DNA of 39,432 nt from a virus (lineage: Duplodnaviria; Caudoviricetes): IMG/VR virus record IMGVR_UViG_3300048851_000202, positions 1 to 39,432 of that record. The stretch is one strand, 5' to 3'. A program made the position numbers and the translations under genes. Shown here piece by piece: positions 7,345 through 16,102 of the stretch. The stretch's first letter is position 1. Every line of letters starts with the position of its first letter. The notes beneath the pieces are model-generated. The model worked only from the letters and a program-made list of their open reading frames with translations. It was not told the DNA's origin and ran no database searches.

Positions 7345-7661
7345 ACCCGAACGCCGGCGCCCAGCGGCACGGCCGCGGGCGCGACCTCCTCTGGACCCCC
7401 GAGGACGACCGAGCTGTGGCCGCGCACGCCTCCTGGGACCGGCACGTGCGGGACGCCATGCACCAGTCCCGGCACGTCGAGCGCCCCACCGACCGGCTCG
7501 ACGAGCTCGTCGCCGAGGACGCCGGCGCGATGACGGAGGCGCACGAGCGCTCCGCGGACGCCGTGCACCGGCGCAACGTCCTGGTGGAGGCGGTCGCCCT
7601 CATCTCCGTCATGTGGTTCGGGGCGCTCGTCGCCATCGTCATCGTGGCGGTGAACCCGTGA
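7341..7661 (+). CDS. hypothetical protein with C-terminal transmembrane helix
   Basis: GGAGG plus GTGA overlap; ends VLVEAVALISVMWFGALVAIVIVAVNP. Confidence 0.7.
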   Translation: MNPNAGAQRHGRGRDLLWTPEDDRAVAAHASWDRHVRDAMHQSRHVERPTDRLDELVAEDAGAMTEAHERSADAVHRRNVLVEAVALISVMWFGALVAIVIVAVNP

Positions 7662-7987
7662 GCACCGTGAAGCAGAAGGACGGCAGCCTGCTGCGGCCGC
7701 TCGACGCGTCCGCGAAGGCCCTCATGGACGGCCCCCGCGGCGCCACCCCGGTCGTCGGGTCGACCGTCACCCTGTGGCGCCTGCCCGGCACGTGGTCCGT
7801 CTGGTCCGCCGGCCCGACGCAGGGCACCTACTGGCTGCAGGCCCGGGACCCGGACGCCGAGCACACCCTCGACGCGCTGCACGGGCACGCCGACCGCGGC
7901 CTGCCCGACGTCACGCGGCTGTACGAGACGCCGCGGGTGCGCGCCATCGCCGTGCGCTCCAAGGCGATCCGGGCGGGTGGTCGCTGA
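7658..7987 (+). CDS. hypothetical phage protein
   Basis: GTGA overlap upstream, TGATG downstream, high GC3. Confidence 0.7.
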   Translation: MSTVKQKDGSLLRPLDASAKALMDGPRGATPVVGSTVTLWRLPGTWSVWSAGPTQGTYWLQARDPDAEHTLDALHGHADRGLPDVTRLYETPRVRAIAVRSKAIRAGGR

Positions 7988-8313
7988 TGCCGAACCTCAG
8001 CGCCTTCACCGTCACCCGGGCCGGGGCGTCCGCCGCCCTGGACCTGTCCGGCCCGCCGCCGTCCTGGGCGGACCGGGCCGCCTGCACCGACACCGACCCG
8101 GAGCTGTTCTTCTCCCCCGACGGCGAGCGCGGCCACGCCCGCGTGCGCCGGGAGCAGCTCGCCAAGGCCGTGTGCGCCCGCTGCGACGTTCGCGCCGAGT
8201 GCCTCAGCTACGCCGTCGACACCAAGCAGCGCGACGGCGTGTGGGGCGGCCTCGACGAAGAGCAGCGCCGCCCCCTCATCGCCTTCACGATCCGGAACGG
8301 AGCCACCCGATGA
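7987..8313 (+). CDS. WhiB-family transcription factor
   Basis: WADRAAC..DPELFF..AKAVCARCDVRAECL..GVWGG: four Cys plus the G[V/I]WGG turn. Confidence 0.95.
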   Translation: MPNLSAFTVTRAGASAALDLSGPPPSWADRAACTDTDPELFFSPDGERGHARVRREQLAKAVCARCDVRAECLSYAVDTKQRDGVWGGLDEEQRRPLIAFTIRNGATR

Positions 8314-9008
8314 GCACCGTCACCACCTCGGACAAGCTGACCATCGTCAAGCTGTTCGCCGCCGGCCGGGACAAGGAGTTCGTGGCCGCCGCTGTCGGGC
8401 ACGACGTCGACACGGTCGTGCGTGCCGCCGCCGGCCACGGCTACCCCGACTCGTCCAAGCTCGCGTGGGCGGCGGACATCCTGCAGAAGCAGATCGACGA
8501 CGAGGCGCGTTCCGGGATCCCGGAGAGCACCCCGGTCCGGCCGCCGGCGCAGCGCCCGACCGCCCCGACGCGACCGCTCACCGCGGTGCCGGGACCGGCG
8601 GCGGACGAGGTGCGCGCCGTCATCGCCCGGGGGCTGAAGTCCGAGCGGCCCCGCATCCGGAAGGCCGCGGCGAAGGCGCGCGACGCCGTCGACGCCCTCA
8701 CCGGTGCGCTGCGCGCCGACGAGGAGCAGCGCCGCCAGGAGGCGGCCCGCGCCGCGGAGGTCGCCCGGGCGCGCTCCGAGGTGGAGCGCCTGGAGCGCGA
8801 GCTCGCCGCCGCGAAGGCCCTGCTGCGCGGGGAGCGGCCGGCCGGCGGCGGCGCGGTCATCCCGCCGGCGACCGCGGTGCACGGCGTGCAGTCGAAGGAC
8901 GTGCGCGCCTGGGCCGCCACGAACGGCGTCGACTGCCCGAGGGCCGGCCGCGTCCCGCGCGCCGTCGTCGAGCAGTACGTGGCCGCCACCAGGGGTGAGG
9001 CCGCGTGA
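8310..9008 (+). CDS. protein with coiled coil and C-terminal Lsr2-like DNA-binding domain
   Basis: KDVRAWAATNGVDCPRAGRVPRAVVEQY resembles the Lsr2 C-domain. Confidence 0.8.
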   Translation: MSTVTTSDKLTIVKLFAAGRDKEFVAAAVGHDVDTVVRAAAGHGYPDSSKLAWAADILQKQIDDEARSGIPESTPVRPPAQRPTAPTRPLTAVPGPAADEVRAVIARGLKSERPRIRKAAAKARDAVDALTGALRADEEQRRQEAARAAEVARARSEVERLERELAAAKALLRGERPAGGGAVIPPATAVHGVQSKDVRAWAATNGVDCPRAGRVPRAVVEQYVAATRGEAA

Positions 9009-9280
9009 ACACCGACGAAGACGACGACCTCGGGCCGGAGCCGCCGCCGCAGACCCGCACCGAAGCCGTCATCGAGGACTGCGAGTTCATGGCCGCCACC
9101 GGGGAGTCCCTGAGCGGCGCCGCCGAGCGGCTCGGCTACCGCCACCGCGACGTCCTGGAGCGGGTCCTATACCGGGCTGAGCGCTACGACCTCGTCAGCC
9201 GTCTGCGAGCCGCGGAGACCGACGACCTCGTCGCCGAGCACCACGCGGAGCGGCGCCGCCGCCACCGCCTCGCCGCCTGA
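9005..9280 (+). CDS. small HTH-like protein
   Basis: IEDCEFMAATGESLSGAAERLGY..LERVLYR; GTGA overlap. Confidence 0.7.
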   Translation: MNTDEDDDLGPEPPPQTRTEAVIEDCEFMAATGESLSGAAERLGYRHRDVLERVLYRAERYDLVSRLRAAETDDLVAEHHAERRRRHRLAA

Positions 9281-9319
9281 GTGCGGCACCACCGACCACC
9301 ACGACTGAAGGGCACGACC

Positions 9320-9685
9320 ATGACCGACAGCACGCCGGACGTCGAGCTGACGCCCGAGGAACTCATCGAGCTGGACCAGCTCGCCGCCGAGCTCGTGAAG
9401 CGCCAGGCCGCCATCGAGGCGGACAAGGAGCGCATTGAGACGATCAAGGCGACCCTGCGCCGCCGCCTGCCGCGCGGCACCCACCACGTCGGCGCGCACG
9501 ACGTCCTCGTGAAGGCCCCCGCGCGGCGCCTCAACGCGGCCCGGCTGGCCGCGGCGTTCCCGGTGACCGAGCACCCCGAGCTGTACAAGCCGGCCATCGA
9601 CACCACCGCGGTGAAGCACCACCTCGCCCCGGCTGCCCTGGAGCAGTTCCAGGACGCCGGCACGCCCACCGTCGAGGTGAAGTGA
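9320..9685 (+). CDS. hypothetical phage protein (coiled coil)
   Basis: GAAGGG RBS, high GC3. Confidence 0.75.
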   Translation: MTDSTPDVELTPEELIELDQLAAELVKRQAAIEADKERIETIKATLRRRLPRGTHHVGAHDVLVKAPARRLNAARLAAAFPVTEHPELYKPAIDTTAVKHHLAPAALEQFQDAGTPTVEVK

Positions 9686-9960
9686 TGGACGCCCCGATCG
9701 TCGTCGACTCCGTCACCCTGCGCGCCACCGCCGCAAGCCAGTTCCAGCGACCCCACGACGGGCAGGCCGCCGTGCAGCTCGTCGTCGAGTCCGCCAGCGA
9801 GGAGGGCATCGCGGTGAGCCTCACCACGAACATCGGCTTCGGCATGCCGTCGTCGGACGTGAAGGCCGCGGTCGCGCACCTGCTGCACCGCCTCGCCCAC
9901 GTCATCGCCGAGGGCGCCAGCATCGACCTGTCCACGCCGGCCGCCGGCGGCGCGTCGTGA
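9685..9960 (+). CDS. hypothetical phage protein
   Basis: TGATG coupling, GAGG RBS. Confidence 0.7.
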   Translation: MDAPIVVDSVTLRATAASQFQRPHDGQAAVQLVVESASEEGIAVSLTTNIGFGMPSSDVKAAVAHLLHRLAHVIAEGASIDLSTPAAGGAS

Positions 9961-10643
9961 GGTACACGGCCCGCCCCCTGTCCGACCGCGCGTGGCTGCG
10001 CCCCGCCGCGGAGCGGAAGGTGTCGCAGTTCAAGGTCACCTGGTCGCAGGCCCTCGACCTGCTGGAGCGCGAGCTGTTCATGCTCGACGGCGAGGAGCTC
10101 GTCCTCGAGATCGACGTCCGCGAGCAGGACCTCCGCCTCGACGGGATGCTCCGCGCGAACGCCCGCGCCGACCAGCCCGCGGTGATCGTCGCGTTCGAGT
10201 CCGTGCACGGCCCGCTGCTGTACCGGTCCGACCAGTACGAGGGGGCGCCGTCCTGGCGCCGCGGCGGCATGCAGGAGGGCTGGCAGCACAACGTCTACGC
10301 CGTCGCCCTGACCCTGGAGGCCCTGCGGTCCGTCGACCGGTACGGGGCCACCCGCTCCGGCGAGCAGTACCGCGGCTACCGGCAGATCGGCGGCGCGCCG
10401 GCGATCGTCCCCGACGCCCCGCTGGACCTGTTCGGCGCCGCCCGCGTCGTGGCGGCCGCGGCCGAGCCGATGCTCTCCGGCGCCGGGCTCGACAACGCCG
10501 CCCGGATCCTCATGAGCGGCGGTGACGAGCTCGCTGCGGCGGTCCGCCAGGCTCGCCGGTTCGCACACCCGGACACCGGCGGCTCCACCGACGCGTTCCA
10601 GCGGGTCGAGGCCGCCGTGCGGGTGCTGCGGGGTGCGCGATGA
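9957..10643 (+). CDS. phage protein with C-terminal J-domain-like HPD motif
   Basis: AVRQARRFAHPDTGGSTDAFQRVEAA at the C-terminus. Confidence 0.8.
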   Translation: MRYTARPLSDRAWLRPAAERKVSQFKVTWSQALDLLERELFMLDGEELVLEIDVREQDLRLDGMLRANARADQPAVIVAFESVHGPLLYRSDQYEGAPSWRRGGMQEGWQHNVYAVALTLEALRSVDRYGATRSGEQYRGYRQIGGAPAIVPDAPLDLFGAARVVAAAAEPMLSGAGLDNAARILMSGGDELAAAVRQARRFAHPDTGGSTDAFQRVEAAVRVLRGAR

Positions 10644-11077
10644 CCGCCCCGGCGCAGCAGGCGCTGCAGCTGCTCGCCGAGCTGGACGCGTCCGCGCGCA
10701 TCGGCCACGAGGACTACGTGCGGCTCCGCGACGTGCTGCAGCCGCCCGAGCTCGTGGTGGCCGGCCACGCGCGGCGCCCGGCTCGGGACGGCTGGGCGAT
10801 GACCTGCTCGTGCGGCACCTCGTCCAGCCAGACGTGGGCGGAGCACGTCGAGGAGCGGATCCGGCGCGACCAGATCCGGCGCACCAGCGTCGACGTCTGC
10901 GCGAACTGCGGCGACCTGGTCGTGCGCGACGGGGACGGCGACGAGTTGTGGGCGCACTACCGCGGGCCCGGCTCGCGGCTGTGGAACTGCCAGCACACCG
11001 TTCCGTACGGTGCGCGGGCGACCCCCGCGCACGGCGGCTCCTACTTCGCCGGGCCCGACGCGGCGGTGACCCCGTGA
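10640..11077 (+). CDS. hypothetical Cys/His-rich protein
   Basis: CSCG..WAEH and CANCG..WAH motifs; ATGA overlap. Confidence 0.7.
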   Translation: MTAPAQQALQLLAELDASARIGHEDYVRLRDVLQPPELVVAGHARRPARDGWAMTCSCGTSSSQTWAEHVEERIRRDQIRRTSVDVCANCGDLVVRDGDGDELWAHYRGPGSRLWNCQHTVPYGARATPAHGGSYFAGPDAAVTP

Positions 11078-11901
11078 CCCCCGCCCGGCCGCCGCTGCAC
11101 GCCCCGTTCGCCGGCGGCGACCCCCGCGGCGCCCTGAGGGACGCGCGGGCGGTCATCGAAGACGCCATCGTCAACCACCCCCGGTCCCAGCAGGTTGAGA
11201 TCGGCCCGTCGGAGATCGGCACCCCCTGTGAGCACTGCCTCGCGGCGAAGCTCGCGGGCTGGCCGACGTCCCGGGACGTGGCGTGGTTGCCGACCATCGG
11301 CACCGCGCTGCACGCCTGGGTGGAGGAGGCGTTCATCCGGCACGAGAACGCCCGGGGCGCCCAGCACGGCGGCGGCCTGCGCTACCTCACCGAAGCGCGG
11401 GTCATGGTCGGGCACATCCTCGGCCGGGAGATCTGGGGCAGCACCGACCTGCTCGACGTCGTGGTGGGCATGACCGTCGACTGGAAGCTCGTCGGCGCCT
11501 CCACCCTGAAGAAGGCCCGGTCCGGGCCGTCCCTGGTGTACCGCACGCAGGCCGACCTGTACGCGAAGGGCTGGAACGACGCCGGCATCCGCGTCGACCA
11601 CGTGGCGATCGCCTACCTGCCCCGCAACGCCGTCTCCCTCGACGACGCCATCTGGTGGACCGCCCCGCACGACCGGCAGCGCGCCGTCGACGCCCTCGAC
11701 CGCGCTAACCGGATCGCCGCCAACCTCGCCGCCCTCGCCGCGCTCGGGCCCGAGGCGGTGGCCGCCTGGATCGGCGGGCTGCCGCGCGACCCCGACTGCT
11801 TCGACTGCGCGCGGTTCCCCGACGGCACGCACCTCACCAAGCCCGGCCACCGCCCGGCCGGCTCCGAGTTCGCCGACCTCCTGGGGTCGACGGCCGCCTG
11901 A
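11074..11901 (+). CDS. Cas4-like PD-(D/E)XK exonuclease
   Basis: IGPSEIGTPCEHC, IGTALH, GSTDL, VDWK, QADLY, C-terminal CFDC. Confidence 0.85.
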   Translation: MTPARPPLHAPFAGGDPRGALRDARAVIEDAIVNHPRSQQVEIGPSEIGTPCEHCLAAKLAGWPTSRDVAWLPTIGTALHAWVEEAFIRHENARGAQHGGGLRYLTEARVMVGHILGREIWGSTDLLDVVVGMTVDWKLVGASTLKKARSGPSLVYRTQADLYAKGWNDAGIRVDHVAIAYLPRNAVSLDDAIWWTAPHDRQRAVDALDRANRIAANLAALAALGPEAVAAWIGGLPRDPDCFDCARFPDGTHLTKPGHRPAGSEFADLLGSTAA

Positions 11902-11965
11902 ACGCCACCCGGCGCGACGGCACCACCCATCCCGCAGCACCGACACACCAAGGAGCACCACGACC

Positions 11966-12649
11966 ATGAGCACTCCCACCGCGAACGACTTCCTGCTCGG
12001 CGGCGGCGGCAAGTCCGCCAAGTTCGACCAGGTCGGCGACACCATCACCGGCGCGATCGTCTCCACCGAGGTCCGCCAGCAGACCGACCTGCAGGGCAAC
12101 CCGCTGGTCTGGGACAACGGCGACCCGCGCATGCAGCTCGTCGTCACCCTCGCCACCGACCTGCGGGACGATGCCGAGGACGACGGCCACCGTGCCGTCT
12201 ACGTCAAGGGCTCCAAGGCCTTCGGCTCGAAGTCCCTGCACGACGCCGTCCGCGCCGCCGTGCAGAACGCCGGCGCGAAGGGCCTCGAGCCGGGCGGCCG
12301 CCTCACCGTGTCCTACGTCGGCTCCGAGCCGGCCAAGACCCGGGGCTTCTCCGACCGCAAGCTCTGGGAGGCCACGTACGCCGCGCCGGACCACGCCGCC
12401 AGCACCGGCGACTACCTCGGCACCGCGCCGGCGACCACCCCGGCCCCGGCCGCGGTGCAGCAGCCCGCCGTCGCGCCGGCCGCCGTCGCCACCACGGCGC
12501 CGGCCGCCGCGCCCGCCCAGGGCGCCGACGCCGGCGCGACGGCCCGCCAGCTCATCGGGCTCGGCCTCGACGACACCACCATCGCCGGCGCCACCGGCCT
12601 GGACGTGTCCGTCATCGCCCTGCTCCGGGGCACCCCCGCCGCGGCCTGA
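11966..12649 (+). CDS. single-stranded DNA-binding protein (actinophage type)
   Basis: KSAKFDQVGDTITG..QQTD..WDNGDPRMQLVVTLAT..DDG..VYVKG; AAGGAG RBS; next to the exonuclease. Confidence 0.75.
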   Translation: MSTPTANDFLLGGGGKSAKFDQVGDTITGAIVSTEVRQQTDLQGNPLVWDNGDPRMQLVVTLATDLRDDAEDDGHRAVYVKGSKAFGSKSLHDAVRAAVQNAGAKGLEPGGRLTVSYVGSEPAKTRGFSDRKLWEATYAAPDHAASTGDYLGTAPATTPAPAAVQQPAVAPAAVATTAPAAAPAQGADAGATARQLIGLGLDDTTIAGATGLDVSVIALLRGTPAAA

Positions 12650-12768
12650 GCCCCGGCACCCCGCGCCGCGTCAGGCGCGCCGCCCGTCCGAGCCGGGCCG
12701 CGGGGGCAACGAGCACCAGCACCACCCACGACGAAGGAGCAGTCCGTGAGCCACAGGACCCGTCCCGC

Positions 12769-13299
12769 CTACAGCGCGGTGGTCCAGTCCAGGACGTCGC
12801 CGTCCGGCGTCCGTCGCCAGCGGACCGTCATCGCATCGGGAGAGGCCCCGAAGGCGCGGATCAGGCGGACGCTGGCTGTCGCCCGAGGATCGATGCGGTC
12901 CCAGTGCGTGGTCTCCACGCGCGCGGGGTCGACGTCGAACGAGATGTCCACGTCGTACGCGGGCTCCGCGCTGCCGTTCGTCAACAGGAGCGTGCCCTTG
13001 CTCCTCTGGATGAGCGACCAGGGCACGACGTACGGCGCACTCACCGTGGATCCTTCACGAGGTTCGCTCAATCGCGCGGTCACCTCCAGCGGAACCAGCG
13101 CGGCGGCGGCCTGCTCCTCCATCAGCTCGATCTGCCGACGCATGTACTCGACGGACGCCTCCGCCGCGATCGCCTGGCGCTCCGAGGAGTCGGCCTGGCC
13201 CTTCGCGTATCCCGCGGCCTGCCTCGACACAGCCACCGCGATCCCCGAGATCAGCAGCGCCCCGAACGCGACCACGACGGCCGCCCACTCTGCAGTCAT
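12769..13299 (-). CDS. antisense moron: membrane-anchored hypothetical protein
   Basis: N-terminal TM (WAAVVVAFGALLISGIAVAV), coiled coil, beta-rich C-domain; TACCCT -10 box 6 nt before ATG (leaderless). Confidence 0.75.
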   Translation of the reverse strand: MTAEWAAVVVAFGALLISGIAVAVSRQAAGYAKGQADSSERQAIAAEASVEYMRRQIELMEEQAAAALVPLEVTARLSEPREGSTVSAPYVVPWSLIQRSKGTLLLTNGSAEPAYDVDISFDVDPARVETTHWDRIDPRATASVRLIRAFGASPDAMTVRWRRTPDGDVLDWTTAL

Positions 13300-13314
13300 G
13301 GCCGGAGGGTACCG

Positions 13315-15876
13315 GTGACCGCCCCCCTCGACGCCGCGCTCGACCTGCTCGCGCACGGGTACTCCGTCATTCCGATCCGCACCGACGGCACCAAGGCGCC
13401 CGCCCTGCCCACCTGGAAGCACCACACCCAGTTCCGCGCCGACGAGCAGCAGCTGCACGCCTGGTTCGGCGGCGACCAGCCGTACGACCTCGGTGTCGTT
13501 CAGGGAGCCGTGTCCGGCGGTGCCGAGCTCACCGAGATCGAGGGTCGCGCCGCCAGCCGCCTCCCCGAGCTGCGCGACCTCGCCCACGACACCGGCCTGG
13601 GTGACGTCTGGGACGTGGTCACCCGCGGGTGGGTGGAGATGTCCCCGTCCGGCGGGTTCCACTTCCACTACCGGGTCACCGGCATGGACGTTCCCGGCAA
13701 CCTGAAGCTCGCCCGCGGCGCCGACAAGCTCGTGCTCGCCGAAACCCGCGGGGAAGGCGGGCAGGTCGTCGTCGCACCCTCCCGGCACCACCCCAGCGGG
13801 AAGGCGTGGCAGCGGCTCATCGGCGGGCCTGCCACCGCCCCCGTCATCACCGCCGAGCAGCGCGACGCCTTCCACGCCCTGCTGCGCACCCTCGACGAGC
13901 AGCCCGAGCTGGTCGCGCCCGCCGCGGCGCCGTCCGCCCCGCACGACCCCACCGCCGGCATCACCCCGGGCGACGACTACGAGAACCGCACCGACTGGGC
14001 GGACATCCTCACCCCCCACGGCTGGACCCTCGCCACCACGCGCGGCCGCACCCGGTACTGGACACGCCCGGGCAAGACGCACGGCTTCTCCGCCACCACC
14101 GGGCACGCCGACGACCGCGACCGGCTGTTCGTGTTCACGTCCTCCACCGACTTCGCCCAGGAGGTGCCGTACACCAAGCTCGGGGCCTACGCCGTCCTCG
14201 AGCACGGCGGCGACATGTCCGCCGCCGCCCGCCAGCTGTACGCCGACGGGTTCGGGCAGCGCGCCGAGGAAGCCCGACCAGCCAACGCGTCCGGCGACGA
14301 CCTCGCCGGTCTCATCGCCCCCACGAACGGACAGACTTCATGGACGGGACCTGCGCCGTCTGCGGCGGACGCATCCGCTTCTACTCCGTCGACACCTACG
14401 ACGGCTACGGCCGCACCTGGTGGGGCCACGAGCACCGCCTCGACGACGGCCACGTCGCCCGCCCGCTCTGACGGCCCGGCCACCTACAGCGAGACCGACG
14501 ACGGCAACGCCCTGCGCCTCGTCGACACGCACGCCGGCACCATCCGCTACGTCCCCCAGCGCGGGTCCTGGCTCACCTGGAACGGCCACCGCTGGACCTG
14601 GGACGAAGCCGGCCACGTGCACGAGCTCGCCCGCGGCATCGCCCGCGGCCTGCGCGCCGACGACCGGGAGTCCCGCAAGCACCGCTCCGTGTCCCTGTCC
14701 CGCCGCGGCCTGGACGCCATGGTGGCGCTCGCCCGCACCGACCCGCGCACCGTCACGCACCTGGCCGCCCTCGACGCCCAGCCGTTCGAGCTGAACACCC
14801 CCGCCGGGGTCGTCAACCTGCGCACCGGCGCCATCACCGCCCCCGACCCCGCCGCCCTGCACACCCGCTCCACCGTCGCCTCCCCCGACTTCGACGCCCC
14901 CGAACCGGTCCGCTGGAACCAGTTCCTCGCCGACACGTTCGCCGGCGACCCCGCCCTCACGACCTACGTGCAGCGCCTCCTGGGCCTGTCCCTCGTCGGC
15001 CAGGTCCTGGAGCAGGTGCTGCCGTTCGCGCACGGCCTCGGCGCCAACGGCAAGACCACCCTGCTCGGCGTCGTGCAGCGGCTCATCGGCATCGGCGACG
15101 ACGGGTACTCCATCAGCGCACCCGCCGAGATGCTCCTGGCCACCGCCCAGCAGGGCCACCCCACGGAGATCGCCCGCCTCGCCGGCGCCCGCGTCGTCGT
15201 GTCCTCCGAGCTGGAGGACGGACAGCGGTTCGCCGAGGCCCGCGTCAAGCAGCTCACCGGCCGGGACGTCATCTCCGGGCGGTTCATGCGCCAGGACTGG
15301 TTCTCGTTCACCCCCACCCACACGCTGTGGATGCTCGCCAACCACCAGCCCGCCGTCCGGGCCGGCGGGCCCGCGTTCTGGAGGCGGCTGCGGCTCCTGC
15401 CGTTCGAGCACACCGTCCCACCAGAGAAGCGGGTCCCCGACCTCGAGGACCGCCTCGTCGAGGACGAGGGACCCGCGATCCTGGCGTGGCTGATCCGCGG
15501 CGCCGCCGACTACTTCACCGACGGCCTGGCCGAGCCGGCGTCCGTGCGCGCCGCCACCGCCGCCTACGAGCGGGACACCGACACCGTCGGCCGGTTCGTC
15601 GACGAGCTGTGCGTCACCGGCGACCCCAACGCCCAGCACCTGCAGGTGAAGGCGTCCGACCTGCGGCAGGCGTACGAGACCTGGTGCCGGGTCGAAGGCG
15701 AGGAAGCGGTCACGTCCAAGGCGTTCGCCACGTCCCTGCGCACCCGGTTCGGGGTCCTCCCCGGCCGCACCAACACCACCCGGTTCTACGCCGGAATCCG
15801 CCTCGCCGATGTGTCACCGGACGAGCCCGCAACCCGTCACGAAGAACCCCGCTGGACGCAGGACGGTGCGCTGTGA
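13315..15876 (+). CDS. bifunctional primase-polymerase fused to P4/D5-type SF3 helicase
   Basis: GYSVIPI..KAP, SPSGGFHFHY, ETRGEGGQVVVAPS; Walker A GLGANGKTT; VVSSE, KQLTGRD, FWRRLRLLPF. Confidence 0.93.
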   Translation: MTAPLDAALDLLAHGYSVIPIRTDGTKAPALPTWKHHTQFRADEQQLHAWFGGDQPYDLGVVQGAVSGGAELTEIEGRAASRLPELRDLAHDTGLGDVWDVVTRGWVEMSPSGGFHFHYRVTGMDVPGNLKLARGADKLVLAETRGEGGQVVVAPSRHHPSGKAWQRLIGGPATAPVITAEQRDAFHALLRTLDEQPELVAPAAAPSAPHDPTAGITPGDDYENRTDWADILTPHGWTLATTRGRTRYWTRPGKTHGFSATTGHADDRDRLFVFTSSTDFAQEVPYTKLGAYAVLEHGGDMSAAARQLYADGFGQRAEEARPANASGDDLAGLIAPTNGQTSWTGPAPSAADASASTPSTPTTATAAPGGATSTASTTATSPARSDGPATYSETDDGNALRLVDTHAGTIRYVPQRGSWLTWNGHRWTWDEAGHVHELARGIARGLRADDRESRKHRSVSLSRRGLDAMVALARTDPRTVTHLAALDAQPFELNTPAGVVNLRTGAITAPDPAALHTRSTVASPDFDAPEPVRWNQFLADTFAGDPALTTYVQRLLGLSLVGQVLEQVLPFAHGLGANGKTTLLGVVQRLIGIGDDGYSISAPAEMLLATAQQGHPTEIARLAGARVVVSSELEDGQRFAEARVKQLTGRDVISGRFMRQDWFSFTPTHTLWMLANHQPAVRAGGPAFWRRLRLLPFEHTVPPEKRVPDLEDRLVEDEGPAILAWLIRGAADYFTDGLAEPASVRAATAAYERDTDTVGRFVDELCVTGDPNAQHLQVKASDLRQAYETWCRVEGEEAVTSKAFATSLRTRFGVLPGRTNTTRFYAGIRLADVSPDEPATRHEEPRWTQDGAL
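14340..14471 (+). CDS. nested out-of-frame 43-aa zinc-finger-like microprotein inside the primase linker
   Basis: MDGTCAVCGGRIRFYSVDTYDGYGRTWWGHEHRLDDGHVARPL; 42/43 codons end in G/C in this frame. Confidence 0.6.
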   Translation: MDGTCAVCGGRIRFYSVDTYDGYGRTWWGHEHRLDDGHVARPL

Positions 15877-16092
15877 CAGCCGATCTGCGCCCCGGCGTGA
15901 CGCGAACCTGTCACCGCCGCCTGCCCGCCGCGCACCCCTCCCGAACGGCGTTCGCGCAGGTCGTGACACGTGTGACGGGTTGTTCGGACATGACGCCAGT
16001 GACAGGTGACAGGTTGTCTCCTGTTTGCACGCCTCACGCGGGCGCGCACACACAGGGGAGGGTGAACACCCCGGGACGTGTCACCTGTCACC
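15810..16092. repeat. iteron-like GTGAC(A/G) cluster; putative replication origin
   Basis: about ten GTGAC/GTCAC copies in both orientations; perfect 13-bp inverted pair 15999-16011 and 16079-16091; immediately after the primase-helicase. Confidence 0.7.
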
Positions 16093-16102
16093 GAGGCGCC
16101 CC

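Noticed and set aside
9957-10643. captured host dnaJ gene
   Set aside because: only a short C-terminal HPD motif; no G/F region, zinc repeats or DnaJ C-domain
11074-11901. Cas4-like gene as evidence of a CRISPR system
   Set aside because: no repeat-spacer array or other cas genes; stand-alone Cas4-like exonucleases beside SSB are normal in actinophages
12904-13314. N-terminal extension of the primase in the ORF track (start 12904)
   Set aside because: overlaps the antisense moron; the prim-pol domain and a GGAGG RBS point to GTG 13315
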